Positions 18,657 to 29,059 are shown, counted from the stretch's first letter. The stretch is 64,000 nt of DNA from a virus (IMGVR_UViG_2841770359_000005:804-64803), one strand, 5' to 3'. A program made the numbers and translations. The notes: generated by a model from the sequence alone, not told the origin.

Positions 18657-20499
18657 ATTCCCCCGCCTCCTTTTCCAGTAATCCATTCCAATCATGCTTT
18701 AGTGTCGTTCTATCATGTGCTTCCCTATATGTTAAATTATACTTCATTTCAACTACGCTTTCAAGGTATTCGTGCTTCAAAAGCATAATATCCCTATCCA
18801 GATAATCCCCGTTTATAAGACGCTGCCACGCTACAGCCATATTATAATCCGCATCAAAGCGCCTTATGCCGTCATCCAAAATGTGTTTATTGAGAAAAAC
18901 ATGCTGTTTGATGCGTGCTATACTGTACTCTGTCCATCCAATACTCTTGGCAATGGCCCTAACATCATCATTTGTTGACCGCATAGCATCATAATAGCTT
19001 TCGGCTTCGTCATCACGGCGCAGTGTCCATTCTACAGTTCCCCTGTCATATTTTCCACCTGTGGACTTAAATAATTTTGGATTATCCGGAATACCTCTAG
19101 TCTTCTCTCTGCTGTAATCCCGTCTTAATTCCGGGTGTCTATCAAGATGTACCCTGAGTTCTTCCTGATATCTTCCAACCTTCTCATTCGCATAACTGAC
19201 ATTTTCCGGACTGAGGCTGCCCTCTGCCTTCCGTTTCCACTTTCTGATCTTGCGCTCAAGCGCCCTTTGCTGTTGCTCTGCATTATAAGTGCCTATGGCC
19301 TTATCCTTGTCTGGGATCTCTGGTGGTTTTGTGATGCCAGGAAAATATGTTGCAATCGTATGTCGGCAGTTTGGATGGAGCAGACCTGCTTTCATAGCAT
19401 CGGACAAAAGCGGTATGCCCAGCTCCTTAGCCTCTTCAGGCGTCCCGTGACAAAATACATCATCTACAAGCACTTTTCCCTGCCAGGGCGCGCATAGGAG
19501 GCAGGTGTTGGCATGAGCGGATACGACTACTGTATGTATCCCCCACTCATCTCTCTTTTTTCCTTCCCCTAACAGTACCGCCCGCTGCGATGCGGTCCGT
19601 AAAGCCATTTCTGCGTAGCTGGCTATATTTACCCGACGGCCATTCCGATACTCTATACAATCAATACCAGCCGCCAGAAACTCTTTGGTCGCCATATCAA
19701 CAGCCTGGTCAAGTGTCTTGGCCCCTGCAGCCATGTTCATTCCGGCCCGGTAAATGGTACGCCTATAAATATCGTCCATTCGACGCCACACAGCCTTTTG
19801 GGCCTCTCTCATATCATTTACGACTTGCCCTGACATATTATCTAGCTTCTTATCCTGCATAGCCTCAGGAAGAGGTTTTTCTTTTCCATCAGGGTGGAAT
19901 GGCTCGCTGATTTCTTGGGGTTCCTGTCCTTCCACTTTCTTGTCAGGCGGTTCTGCCTTCTGCTCTTTCGGTGGTTCCAGCCGCTCCTCTGACTTTTCCA
20001 CTGCCGGGACCTCTTTCTGGGGCTCTTGCTTTTCCTCTTTCTGTGGTTTTGCCTTTTCTGCTTCCTCCTGCATAACTTCTATCTTATTTCTATTTACACC
20101 GAAAAAATCCTGTTCAGCAGGTGGAGGTGTTGACAGCTTGTGGTGTGCAATACTTTTAGGGAATTTAACCCTCTTTCGCTTAGAAAATGTAGATTCTATC
20201 CTGTCCCAAATTCGGTTAAATAAATTCTGTCCACGATGGTAGTTATCTTCCAAGGCCTCATTTACAATCCGCTCCACTTCAGGACTTATCTCATCTACAA
20301 TCTTCTTACTCTCTCTGCGGTATTTTTGTAAGTTTCGTAGCTTTGCCCTCTGCCACATTTCCCACCGAAACCCCTCTTCTTCCTCTTCCCGCTCATGGCG
20401 TTTCAGGTTACGGCGCAGGCTTCGTGCCAGATCAAGCTCCATCTCCTCAAATATACGCCGGAGATTATATGCATCATCCTCCCGCTTTTTATCAGACAT
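18613..20499 (-). CDS. Minor capsid (MuF-like) protein with C-terminal toxin-like extension
   Basis: C..C.PWQGKV and GLLHPNCRH motifs; extension with RFDADY..A.AWQRL..G...LLKHE..E...AH. Confidence 0.8.
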   Translation of the reverse strand: MSDKKREDDAYNLRRIFEEMELDLARSLRRNLKRHEREEEEEGFRWEMWQRAKLRNLQKYRRESKKIVDEISPEVERIVNEALEDNYHRGQNLFNRIWDRIESTFSKRKRVKFPKSIAHHKLSTPPPAEQDFFGVNRNKIEVMQEEAEKAKPQKEEKQEPQKEVPAVEKSEERLEPPKEQKAEPPDKKVEGQEPQEISEPFHPDGKEKPLPEAMQDKKLDNMSGQVVNDMREAQKAVWRRMDDIYRRTIYRAGMNMAAGAKTLDQAVDMATKEFLAAGIDCIEYRNGRRVNIASYAEMALRTASQRAVLLGEGKKRDEWGIHTVVVSAHANTCLLCAPWQGKVLVDDVFCHGTPEEAKELGIPLLSDAMKAGLLHPNCRHTIATYFPGITKPPEIPDKDKAIGTYNAEQQQRALERKIRKWKRKAEGSLSPENVSYANEKVGRYQEELRVHLDRHPELRRDYSREKTRGIPDNPKLFKSTGGKYDRGTVEWTLRRDDEAESYYDAMRSTNDDVRAIAKSIGWTEYSIARIKQHVFLNKHILDDGIRRFDADYNMAVAWQRLINGDYLDRDIMLLKHEYLESVVEMKYNLTYREAHDRTTLKHDWNGLLEKEAGEYGETDNLHELIGKD

Positions 20500-20501
20500 T
20501 T

Positions 20502-22052
20502 TTACTCACCTGCTTTCGGTGGTTCTTCTTCCTTCTTTGAATCCTGAGGTGGCTCTTGTAGTGGTTCCTGTATTAATCCATCCAGTCCCGCAACACTGGG
20601 TTCATCTGTCTCCATAAGGCCCTGCTCTTTTTTCAGGCGGTCAATCTCTTCTTGTTTACAGTGTTCATCCAAAGAATCACCATAAAGCTCTTCTACGCAC
20701 CTTTCAATGCTCATGATTCCCTGGGTCTTTGCCTTGCCTATGGTCTCTACCTGGCTTTCAAAGCTCGGGTTGGCGTATTCCCCAAATGGGATCTCCACCT
20801 TCACCTCCTCAAGCTGCTCCCGCATCAGGATATGGTAAGCGTTGATACAGGCAGACACCAGCTCCGGCAACGTCTCCTGCAGGGCCTCTATAATCGCATC
20901 ACGGGTATATAGAGTGGCCTTCTCTTTTTCGCGCTGTGCCTCTGCGTTATCCAGCTTTTTGACATCAATCCCCAAAGTACTGGGAGAAATGACACCCTGT
21001 AGGCAGAGATCCAAGGCTGTCACGTAAGTCGCCAGATAGCTGTCATGGGGGATTACTGGCTGTACCGTCTCGATAATGTTTTTCTGCCCCTCCCTCATGT
21101 CCCCGTCCGCGGCATAATAACGACAGTCAAATGGGTTTGGCTTGATGAGCTGGCCCGTCGAGGGGTCATGCGGTACCAGGCACTCCGGGATGTATGTCTT
21201 TGCCCGGCCCGCCCGGAGCGCATCCATCCATTGGCTCCATGCCTCATCAAAGGCGTCGAAGCTATCTAACTTACCATCAAAAATAGAGCCTCCGCGGCCC
21301 TCATATTTTGTATTCTCGTATATCTGCAGCGGCACCGCCAGAATGACAGTTTTATCAAACACCACATCCTTGATGTTTTTTGTCGCATCAATAGCAGTAA
21401 GCGGAACCTCATTCTCACCCCGGTATAGATGATTGTTGATATATCCATATCCATAATGCTCGTGGAGCACGTACTGCTGGGTGCCCACTGTATAGGGCGT
21501 TTTAAACACAACTTCTTTGAGCCGTCCATGCTGCCACATGATTTCTATTTTTTCTCCCGGATACCACTCTAGGAGAGGATACTGGCTGACTTCTGTGTCA
21601 ATCGTAATCTTGTATGCCCCATCACCAATGTACAGCACCTCTTTCAGGGACTTTTCAAATTTCTTACGGAATTTGTTGTCCTTTTCTATTTCCTCCCAGA
21701 GTTGCTTGTGTGTGTCCTTCTCAAACTCAAAATCATTCATGTCGGCCACGACAATGCTATTGAGTGTCCGTACGATCAGGCCGGGAAGGCCGGTATGAAT
21801 CTTGCGCATATCCATTCCCGGGCTGCATCGGCTAGCCCAGAATTTTGTTTTATCCACATACTCTGGATTCTGCTGATACATTTGTTCTAGCTCATTTCCG
21901 TCACCACGGTACCAGATCCGGTTTCGGATTGCGGACAGTTCAAAGTCCATCACCTCATTGATCTGTATGGCATAAGGCTGTGCTGGCTGTACTTGTAACC
22001 AACTTCGCAATCCTTTCTTGATATTGTCACTCAATTTCTGTGTCCACCTCAT
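20502..22052 (-). CDS. Portal protein
   Basis: 516 aa between TerL and minor capsid; G.ISPSTLG motif. Confidence 0.85.
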   Translation of the reverse strand: MRWTQKLSDNIKKGLRSWLQVQPAQPYAIQINEVMDFELSAIRNRIWYRGDGNELEQMYQQNPEYVDKTKFWASRCSPGMDMRKIHTGLPGLIVRTLNSIVVADMNDFEFEKDTHKQLWEEIEKDNKFRKKFEKSLKEVLYIGDGAYKITIDTEVSQYPLLEWYPGEKIEIMWQHGRLKEVVFKTPYTVGTQQYVLHEHYGYGYINNHLYRGENEVPLTAIDATKNIKDVVFDKTVILAVPLQIYENTKYEGRGGSIFDGKLDSFDAFDEAWSQWMDALRAGRAKTYIPECLVPHDPSTGQLIKPNPFDCRYYAADGDMREGQKNIIETVQPVIPHDSYLATYVTALDLCLQGVISPSTLGIDVKKLDNAEAQREKEKATLYTRDAIIEALQETLPELVSACINAYHILMREQLEEVKVEIPFGEYANPSFESQVETIGKAKTQGIMSIERCVEELYGDSLDEHCKQEEIDRLKKEQGLMETDEPSVAGLDGLIQEPLQEPPQDSKKEEEPPKAGE

Positions 22053-23413
22053 TTCTCGTCCTCCTCAAAGCCGATCATCTGCCGATACGGGATCCATGCG
22101 TACTGATTGGCGTTAATCGTATGGTCATTGCGATCCTCCGGGATGTCCTTGTCCTCATCCCATGAGTACCGGTCAAGCTCCCCCAGATGCTCCGTGCAGA
22201 TATCCGCTACCAGATAGCAGCCCTGCTGAATCCATCCAAGCTGCAGCTTGATACGGTCGATGATTTCCACTTTTTTGTATGCGTCTATAAAATTATGCAG
22301 GCTGCCGTGGATCCGCTTATATTTCCGCAGTTCTGTGATCGTTGCCTGGTCAGCGGAATCGACGAATACATCTTTCGCAAAGCCCCAGTCCTTCTGACAA
22401 CGCTCCAGAAATTGTATAAATTTGACTGTCGTATCAGATGGGGCAAGCGGCTGATCCAGATCTGCATTGCTATATACCTTCTCATCCAGGGTTATCAGCT
22501 TTCTGTCTTCTGTGATGCCTTGAAAGATCATGGCGATCGTATCCGGTGACTTACTGGAGTAGGACGTATCCAAACCAACCGTAAACTTTTTGAACTTAAT
22601 CTTCCCGGCTTTAACCTGTTGTTTTACCCATGCGGCCGTTACCACATGCTTTTTCCGATCGAAGTTCGGGAAGATCAGACCCGTTGCTTTACCGCGCAGG
22701 CCCTGAATTTTATTCTTCCAGATCTTTGTGCCCGGGGGTGTGTTCTGGATGATCCGATCCAGTTTTTCTTTGGGCAATCCTAAATTATGTGCAAAAGAAA
22801 AGAACCAATGTACCCATCCGGGTTTTGGTCCTTCTTTTAGTTCGTCTTTGATTTCCTGCGGCGTCTCGTTTTCCCATTCAGGGAGCGGCCGGGAACAGTT
22901 GATATACTCCTTGTACACATCCAGATTGGGGTCATCGGGATTTAGCGTGGCCATAAGATAGTCCGATCGCATAGCAGCCTCTCGGACAAACTCAATGTCA
23001 GCCGTGTTAATCTCATCAATATACAGGCAGCCATACTGCCCGCCCAGGGCGTCCTTCCACTTACTCTTATTTCCATAACCAACGACAAACACTATCTTGT
23101 CCCCAATAGAGGTGTGGAACAGGAGATGCGGCATCTTATATTCGCCAGAGCCATTGCCCTTGTACTCAACCAACACTCCAAAATCATCCAATATCCCAAG
23201 GTCTTTCTGGATGATATTCTTCTCTGCGGCTCCTGTGTCATCTGCGGCCAGTATATGCAGTTTCTTGGGGCTCTCGGCCACTTTCAGCATAAACTTAAAC
23301 AGCCCAACCGTTGTCTTTCCTGCAGCCGTTGTTCCCTCCAAAAATTCCACGGGAGCGTTGCATTTCAGGAATGCCTTATACTTTTCTGATAGCATTAGCC
23401 TCTCATTGCTCAT
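22049..23413 (-). CDS. terL: Terminase large subunit
   Basis: Walker A GTTAAGKT, Walker B LYIDE, nuclease VGLD and NDH..NA..Y. Confidence 0.92.
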   Translation of the reverse strand: MSNERLMLSEKYKAFLKCNAPVEFLEGTTAAGKTTVGLFKFMLKVAESPKKLHILAADDTGAAEKNIIQKDLGILDDFGVLVEYKGNGSGEYKMPHLLFHTSIGDKIVFVVGYGNKSKWKDALGGQYGCLYIDEINTADIEFVREAAMRSDYLMATLNPDDPNLDVYKEYINCSRPLPEWENETPQEIKDELKEGPKPGWVHWFFSFAHNLGLPKEKLDRIIQNTPPGTKIWKNKIQGLRGKATGLIFPNFDRKKHVVTAAWVKQQVKAGKIKFKKFTVGLDTSYSSKSPDTIAMIFQGITEDRKLITLDEKVYSNADLDQPLAPSDTTVKFIQFLERCQKDWGFAKDVFVDSADQATITELRKYKRIHGSLHNFIDAYKKVEIIDRIKLQLGWIQQGCYLVADICTEHLGELDRYSWDEDKDIPEDRNDHTINANQYAWIPYRQMIGFEEDEK

Positions 23414-23856
23414 TATCCATCACCACCACGCATCTGCCGGATCAGGTCGTCCAGCTTTGTCTTCTCTGTGTCTAAGCTGCCGGAGATGTTGGTATCCTGC
23501 TTAGTGGTATATCCATACTTGCTCATCCACAGACCCGCAAGCTGTGAGGGAATCACCTGCAGCTCAAATTTCTTGCGGGCATCCACTTCGCATTCTTCCT
23601 TCATGCGCGTAACGATGTCCGAATACCCTTTCTTTTTCTCATAAGTATCATAAAACGCTGACCTCGGAATCTTTGCAAACACGCAAAATCCCTCAATTGT
23701 ATATGTGATACTTCTTTTGAGTTTCTTACTAACAAACTCACTATTCTTTGAAGAGAAGTCATGGGTAAGAACCATCTGATTGTCGCAATCCTTTTTGTAC
23801 GCCTCCCATGTCTCCGCCAGCTCTTCTGGTGCCTTAAACCTCAATCTCTTTCCCAT
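23413..23856 (-). CDS. terS: Terminase small subunit
   Basis: Directly upstream of TerL; TIEGFCVF HTH-like segment. Confidence 0.8.
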   Translation of the reverse strand: MGKRLRFKAPEELAETWEAYKKDCDNQMVLTHDFSSKNSEFVSKKLKRSITYTIEGFCVFAKIPRSAFYDTYEKKKGYSDIVTRMKEECEVDARKKFELQVIPSQLAGLWMSKYGYTTKQDTNISGSLDTEKTKLDDLIRQMRGGDG

Positions 23857-23938
23857 GACTTCACCTCACTTTCCTGAACGCAAAAACACCCAGCCAGCAT
23901 ATCGCTAACCAGGTGTTTCTATATTTCTCGTCAGTATA

Positions 23939-23982
23939 ACTATATCACACTTTGCCACTGACATCTTGGACATTTTGGACAT
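23939..23982 (-). promoter_or_regulatory. Candidate late (terS) promoter with activator direct repeats
   Basis: ATGTCCAA x2 plus ATGTCA, then TGATATAGT (-10-like), at the 3' end of the ArpU/RinA-like gene. Confidence 0.5.
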
Positions 23983-24364
23983 CTTTTTTCAAGTAGTTCC
24001 AAAACTTCCTTGAAACCTGCCTTCCACTGTACCCAGTATATGCCCCGATTTCCTCCCAACTCAAATTATTGATAACTCTGAAGCGGATAATGTCACATTC
24101 CGGGCGGGGTGCACTGTTAATGTAATCATTTACTTTTTTCTCATCTTCAATCAATTTATTTTCATATAGAGCTATTTCTCTCCGTATCCTGTCACCTCTT
24201 TCGGCGTACCACTCTGAAAAGTTCTTCCCGCCGCTTCCTTTTGGCATATCGGAAATGATATTGCTCTTGTAGGGATTGAAGTCTTCGTGCCTGGCAAGCT
24301 CTATGTGCAGAGACCTAAGTTTATTTTCATCGTGCTGAACGCTGAATAATTCTTTTACTGTCAT
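23945..24364 (-). CDS. Late transcriptional activator (ArpU/RinA-like)
   Basis: C-terminal HTH (LSWEEIG..TGYS.RQV); last gene before terS. Confidence 0.8.
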   Translation of the reverse strand: MTVKELFSVQHDENKLRSLHIELARHEDFNPYKSNIISDMPKGSGGKNFSEWYAERGDRIRREIALYENKLIEDEKKVNDYINSAPRPECDIIRFRVINNLSWEEIGAYTGYSGRQVSRKFWNYLKKDVQNVQDVSGKV

Positions 24365-24639
24365 CCTGGCAACCTCATAATAATTCCATTGTTATTAAGT
24401 GACTTTTCAATATCTCCACGGACTTTTGAGATTATCCTTTCTCCATCAATTTTACAGTATGCAGATAACTCTTCTCGGAAAAATCTCTCACATTCTTGTA
24501 TCTCATATCCGGCCCTGGACTTTTTCTCCTTATCCCTCTCTTTGTTATATCTTTTTAAAGCAGCTTTATAATCTTTGACAGCCTGCAATACAATCGAACT
24601 TACAAGATTTCCCACTCCTGTATCATCTATGGTGATCAC
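24361..24639 (-). CDS. Hypothetical phage protein
   Basis: IVLQAVKDY...ECERFF motif typical of this position. Confidence 0.7.
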   Translation of the reverse strand: MITIDDTGVGNLVSSIVLQAVKDYKAALKRYNKERDKEKKSRAGYEIQECERFFREELSAYCKIDGERIISKVRGDIEKSLNNNGIIMRLPG

Positions 24640-24824
24640 CTCCCGTTAATCGCATCAGATATAATATCTTTCAGCATATCGTTCTGTTCCCTAAGGGCTT
24701 CATTCTGCAGCTTATATACATCCTGCAATTCATCGGTGGATTTTTTTAGTTTTATGTCAGCTATAATGCTGATAATCATAACAACGATAAAAACAATATA
24801 CACACCCGTTAAAAATTTCTCCAT
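24636..24824 (-). CDS. Small membrane protein with coiled coil
   Basis: N-terminal hydrophobic helix; GAAGGAG RBS. Confidence 0.6.
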   Translation of the reverse strand: MEKFLTGVYIVFIVVMIISIIADIKLKKSTDELQDVYKLQNEALREQNDMLKDIISDAINGR

Positions 24825-24985
24825 TATTTTCGCTCCTTCCAGCTCCGGCACTCTTCACACCGCTGCTTACTGCTGACCAGTGTTCCCTTAATCATAGTTG
24901 CCTTTTGGCAGCCCGGATCCACGTACACGGCAATCTGTCCCACCTTCTGGCTATGTATACAGGTTTTATATTTTGGTTCATTCAT
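24824..24985 (-). CDS. Small Cys-rich hypothetical protein
   Basis: GGAGGAG RBS; C..H...C...C..C. Confidence 0.55.
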   Translation of the reverse strand: MNEPKYKTCIHSQKVGQIAVYVDPGCQKATMIKGTLVSSKQRCEECRSWKERK

Positions 24986-25002
24986 GGCTTCTCCTCCTGT
25001 TA

Positions 25003-25212
25003 TCAATTATCTAAATACACCTGTCTGGTAACAATATTTGCATCAAAGACCTGCTTACAAACCACCGCCCAAGGTGATCCGGGAAAGTTATGCTCTAAAA
25101 AGCTTTTTGCCTTGGTGATATTTTGGGCCTCAATAAATATCATGCTTGCAATTGTCCCTGCATCTTGCTGGTTTTTATGAAAATCATCTAAGTTAATTGC
25201 TATAAATTCCAT
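25003..25212 (-). CDS. Hypothetical phage protein
   Basis: GAGGAG RBS before MEFIAINL. Confidence 0.55.
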   Translation of the reverse strand: MEFIAINLDDFHKNQQDAGTIASMIFIEAQNITKAKSFLEHNFPGSPWAVVCKQVFDANIVTRQVYLDN

Positions 25213-25322
25213 CCTTTTTTCTCCTCTTTCTGGCTTTTGCCTCCTGTTTTTTATGCTGCCTATGCCAGCCCCGGCGCCACCGATCCAGGCGGCGCTGCAA
25301 GGCCAGTATGGCAACCAGTCTC

Positions 25323-25883
25323 TCATCCATTGTTTGCACCCTTTGCAGGCACGAATAAGTATCTAGTATCAACCTCAACCGCCAGAGCTGTACACTCCTC
25401 TTTCTCGGATATCTTGGAGACATCAAAGCCCAGGCTCTCCAAATATTCACAGGCCAGCTTCGCAGATTTCAGGCTTTTGACATTAATTATCAGGTTTTCA
25501 TAATTACGCTTGATTTCATCATAGATCCTGTCTTTTTCATCCAACAGGCGCTCTTGCTCTGGCATAATGTCTTCTATGTCTCCATCTATCATCCTCTTGG
25601 AGACTCCTCCATTGTAATTCAATATCATTTCAATCATTCCGCCGACCGAGTAGCTGGAATGTCTCACTCTGATGTAATCCTCGTTATGATTGGCCCATTT
25701 GGTGTATACCTCGTATGCAGCACTTAAGTGTCCTTCAATAGATCGTGATACTTCCTCCAATCCAATTGTTTTATAAAGTGCTGCATCATGAGCCTTCACG
25801 GCCTCCTGGTACTGGTCGTAAATATTGCGTAAGGCTTCCTTTCTCTTACCTTCTAACCATCTCACAATTTCTCTCTTTGTCAT
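25323..25883 (-). CDS. Hypothetical phage protein
   Basis: 186-aa coupled ORF. Confidence 0.7.
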   Translation of the reverse strand: MTKREIVRWLEGKRKEALRNIYDQYQEAVKAHDAALYKTIGLEEVSRSIEGHLSAAYEVYTKWANHNEDYIRVRHSSYSVGGMIEMILNYNGGVSKRMIDGDIEDIMPEQERLLDEKDRIYDEIKRNYENLIINVKSLKSAKLACEYLESLGFDVSKISEKEECTALAVEVDTRYLFVPAKGANNG

Positions 25884-26104
25884 TTGTTTATGCCCTCCTT
25901 TTCAATCCTCAGCAGTTCCTTTGTTACAGCCCTGGCTAAATCTTGATAAAACTCTGACTGCTGATATTTTTCATTGAGCCTATCCGATTCTGCCGTGTAA
26001 GCAGCCCAGAACTCATTACTGCCATCCGGTGAGCTGTACTGCTTAAACAGGTACCAAATATCCACGATAATCTGCCAGTAGTATCTTAACCTTTTCCGAC
26101 TCAT
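25880..26104 (-). CDS. Hypothetical phage protein
   Basis: 74-aa coupled ORF. Confidence 0.6.
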   Translation of the reverse strand: MSRKRLRYYWQIIVDIWYLFKQYSSPDGSNEFWAAYTAESDRLNEKYQQSEFYQDLARAVTKELLRIEKEGINK

Positions 26105-26496
26105 GGCAGCTCCTCAATCCGGATATAGATTCCCGGCACCTCTGCCCAAAATTTTTCCGCGACCTCAGAAGCTACCAGGGCATCATCCGCCCAAAATCCC
26201 ACCAGGGTCATGCAGTCTTTAAGGAGCTTCTGCAAATTGTCCGTATCAGGCTTTGTGATACGATAGCTGCCGTCTTTGTGCCGTCCCCTGGGGAAGCACC
26301 ACTTTGTGATCAACCGGACACCTTCTCTATACGGTCCCATGATCCTGTGTTTATACAGATGGCCTATCAGCTTTTCTTTGGCCGCCTTGACTTCTGGCGG
26401 ATCATAGAACACCGGCTTGCCATTGATGACTGTCACTTTATGTTCCTGTGCCGTAACTGTCGGCGGTTCCATTGCCATAAAAAATTCAATTGTCAT
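26101..26496 (-). CDS. rusA: RusA-family Holliday junction resolvase
   Basis: KPDTDNL.K...D...W.DD motif. Confidence 0.9.
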   Translation of the reverse strand: MTIEFFMAMEPPTVTAQEHKVTVINGKPVFYDPPEVKAAKEKLIGHLYKHRIMGPYREGVRLITKWCFPRGRHKDGSYRITKPDTDNLQKLLKDCMTLVGFWADDALVASEVAEKFWAEVPGIYIRIEELP

Positions 26497-26627
26497 ATTT
26501 ATTTCACCTCTTTAAAGTGTTAAATCATCTTGTTTTTTGAATCTCGGCCTTGTCATCGGGGAGGGGGAAGGGAACGGGCGGGCTGTGCTTTAAGCCCGTC
26601 CATTCCTACCCCCGTGACCACGCGACT

Positions 26628-26840
26628 GCGGGGGAAATATTTACCCTTTAGGGTATAGGTTTCCCCGCCGCCAGCGGAAACCTTAATTTTCAGGTTTCCC
26701 CGCCACCACACATCACTTCGGCGGAAATCTGTTTTTAAGGTTTCCCCGCTAAATTTATCAATACGGCGGAATCCTTGATTTTAGATTTCCCCGCCATATA
26801 TGCTATAATGGCGGAAACCTTAATTTTCAGGTTTCCCCGC
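26628..26840. repeat. Iteron-like array (candidate phage replication origin)
   Basis: Four 29-30 bp GCGGAAACC..GGTTTCCCCGC units at 26674, 26721, 26766, 26811 plus a degenerate fifth; follows the primase-helicase gene. Confidence 0.75.
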
Positions 26841-29057
26841 GCATTGATCAGCGGGCTTTTTTTCTACCTTTCCATTTTCACAAGTGTATCCTCCATGCTC
26901 TTTTATCCGGTCACGAGCTGTTCTTTCAGAAATTCCAAGGTATTCAGCCACCTCCTTTACTGTTGGCGCCTCCCCAAAATTACTATCATTCACAGCCTCT
27001 TCTAACGCTTTTCTACGTTCTTGTTTTCGGTCTTTAGCATTCTTTTTTATCTTATCTGCACCCTTCTGCCATGCCGGTTTGTCATCGTCCGGCTGGATGT
27101 CTTTCAGGCTGCCTACATCGTCCAGCCTGTGCACCGGGTAATCAAACCATAGGTTTACCGGGTCAAACTTGGCAAACTCTCGCAGTGTCCCTTCTATCCT
27201 CCAGGCAGTCCGGTTTTTTACGTCCGTCTTAGCGGAATCTATCTGTCTCTGCAGCGTCTCCATCTGCCACTTATCCAGGTGTCCTTTACAGTAATCCATC
27301 ATCTGCGTACTGCTCAACATATCATCCTGCGACAGATCATTTCCGTAGCTGCAGTGTGCATCCAGATACTGCTTACAGGCGGCACATATGGCCTTGTTTT
27401 CTTCCTGTTTCATAAGTGCTTCCGTAGGTTCCAATTCGATCAGATCCAGGAGCGCATCCGGATCACGTGCAAACACGCCTGATCCGCTGGCACGGTCCAT
27501 GGATTTCTTGCCGCCCTGGCTGCCCTTACTGTGATGATGGCAGTAGATCGCTGCGCATCCCAGCTCCGTACAGACCTTATCAAACTGGTTACAAAAGTTC
27601 GCCATCTGGTCAGCGCTGTTCTCATCACCGGTTATGACCTTATAGATGGGGTCGATCACAATGGCTATGTAGTCCTTTTTCGCGGCTCTGCGGATAAGCT
27701 TTGGTGCCAGCTTGTCCATCGGCACAGACTTTCCTCTCAGGTTCCAGATATCAATATTGGACAGATTCGCTGGCTGGATGCCCATAGCCTCATATACATC
27801 CCGGAACCTGTGCAGGCAGCTTGCCCGGTCAAGTTCCAGGTTCACATACATGACACGTCCCTTTGTACACTGCCAATTCAGCCACTTACGGCCCTCGGCT
27901 ATAGCGATACACATTTCTATCTGCAGAAAGGATTTCCCGGCCTTTGAGGGGCCTGCAATCAACATCTTATGGCCCTGCCGCAGTATCCCACTGATCAGGC
28001 ACGGTGACAGCTCTGGAAGGTTATCCCAGACACCCTCCAGTCCTTCAGGTTCCGGCAGATCGTCATTAACACTTTCTATCCACTCATACCATTCGTTCCA
28101 GGATTCCTTTCCAATGTTCGTATCCACCAAAAACTGCTTCTTGCCGTCCCTTTCCACTCCCGGCATCCTGGACAGTCTGGAAGGGTTCCGGTTCTGGGTA
28201 TCTACCTTAATGCCGTTCTTCTGGCATACATCATATAAGTAATCCACCCGTTTCCGGTACTCTGCATAGTCAGCGGCTTCCACCCGTACAATGGCGTGCA
28301 GGCTCTTTCTGCCGGAATGAACCAGGCAGGCGATCGGCAGCTCCAGCTCCCTGAATATGGCATTCTGCTTCTCTATCTCCATTCCATCTGATTCCACCAG
28401 AGCATACCGGAAGTCTGCAACGTTATCATTCTTAACCCCTTTGCCATCCAAAGGATTAAAGCGTATCCAGGCCCCACCGACAGGATCATAATCACCTATA
28501 ACACTCCCTATATCTCCGTTACACTTAGACAGGGCCTCTATGAGCTGACCGGCTGTGCGGTCCCAGTTACCTTTGTCCTGCGGCACATATTTTCCCTTCT
28601 CATTCTGCCAGCTCCGTGTTACATACCCTACATTCTCCCCGGCTTCAAATAAAGTCTCCAGATATTTGATAAGCTGGCTGACCGGTTCCCAGTGCTTTGG
28701 TTCTCTGACCTCTTTTCCTTCGATCCAGTTTTTATCTACCACAACATGGCTGTCAAGCTGTATGGTATCGTTCCAGTCAAGTTCATGCCCCCGATCCGGT
28801 TCCCAACCATGTTCCATTGCCATCTGGACAATCGTGCCACCTGTTACAGGAGAGGCAGAGCCGTTAAAGCTGTTCCACTTACGCTCACACTCTCCTGCAT
28901 GGTACCGGCTGATATCACGGCGGCTCCAGGCGTCCCAGTCACTGACAGAGTGCCCTTCATGTTTGAGCGCCATGCCAATGTTGACCCATTCCTGGTAGTC
29001 CAGGTCAGCAGGATTGATGTATTCAATTAATTCTAACAGGCTCGTCCTCTGCTCCAT
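26820..29057 (-). CDS. Primase-helicase (PriCT-2 plus RepA/AAA_25 helicase)
   Basis: W...GMALK...W..WS N-terminal domain; SGRKSLHA; Walker A GPSKAGKS; HHHSKG. Confidence 0.88.
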   Translation of the reverse strand: MEQRTSLLELIEYINPADLDYQEWVNIGMALKHEGHSVSDWDAWSRRDISRYHAGECERKWNSFNGSASPVTGGTIVQMAMEHGWEPDRGHELDWNDTIQLDSHVVVDKNWIEGKEVREPKHWEPVSQLIKYLETLFEAGENVGYVTRSWQNEKGKYVPQDKGNWDRTAGQLIEALSKCNGDIGSVIGDYDPVGGAWIRFNPLDGKGVKNDNVADFRYALVESDGMEIEKQNAIFRELELPIACLVHSGRKSLHAIVRVEAADYAEYRKRVDYLYDVCQKNGIKVDTQNRNPSRLSRMPGVERDGKKQFLVDTNIGKESWNEWYEWIESVNDDLPEPEGLEGVWDNLPELSPCLISGILRQGHKMLIAGPSKAGKSFLQIEMCIAIAEGRKWLNWQCTKGRVMYVNLELDRASCLHRFRDVYEAMGIQPANLSNIDIWNLRGKSVPMDKLAPKLIRRAAKKDYIAIVIDPIYKVITGDENSADQMANFCNQFDKVCTELGCAAIYCHHHSKGSQGGKKSMDRASGSGVFARDPDALLDLIELEPTEALMKQEENKAICAACKQYLDAHCSYGNDLSQDDMLSSTQMMDYCKGHLDKWQMETLQRQIDSAKTDVKNRTAWRIEGTLREFAKFDPVNLWFDYPVHRLDDVGSLKDIQPDDDKPAWQKGADKIKKNAKDRKQERRKALEEAVNDSNFGEAPTVKEVAEYLGISERTARDRIKEHGGYTCENGKVEKKPADQCAGKPEN

Positions 29058-29059
29058 GA

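Noticed and set aside
26674-26840. CRISPR-like array (30-bp palindromic repeats with unique spacers)
   Set aside because: Spacers are only 16-17 bp, repeats are degenerate, one overlaps a coding end, and there are no cas genes; the position fits a replication origin.
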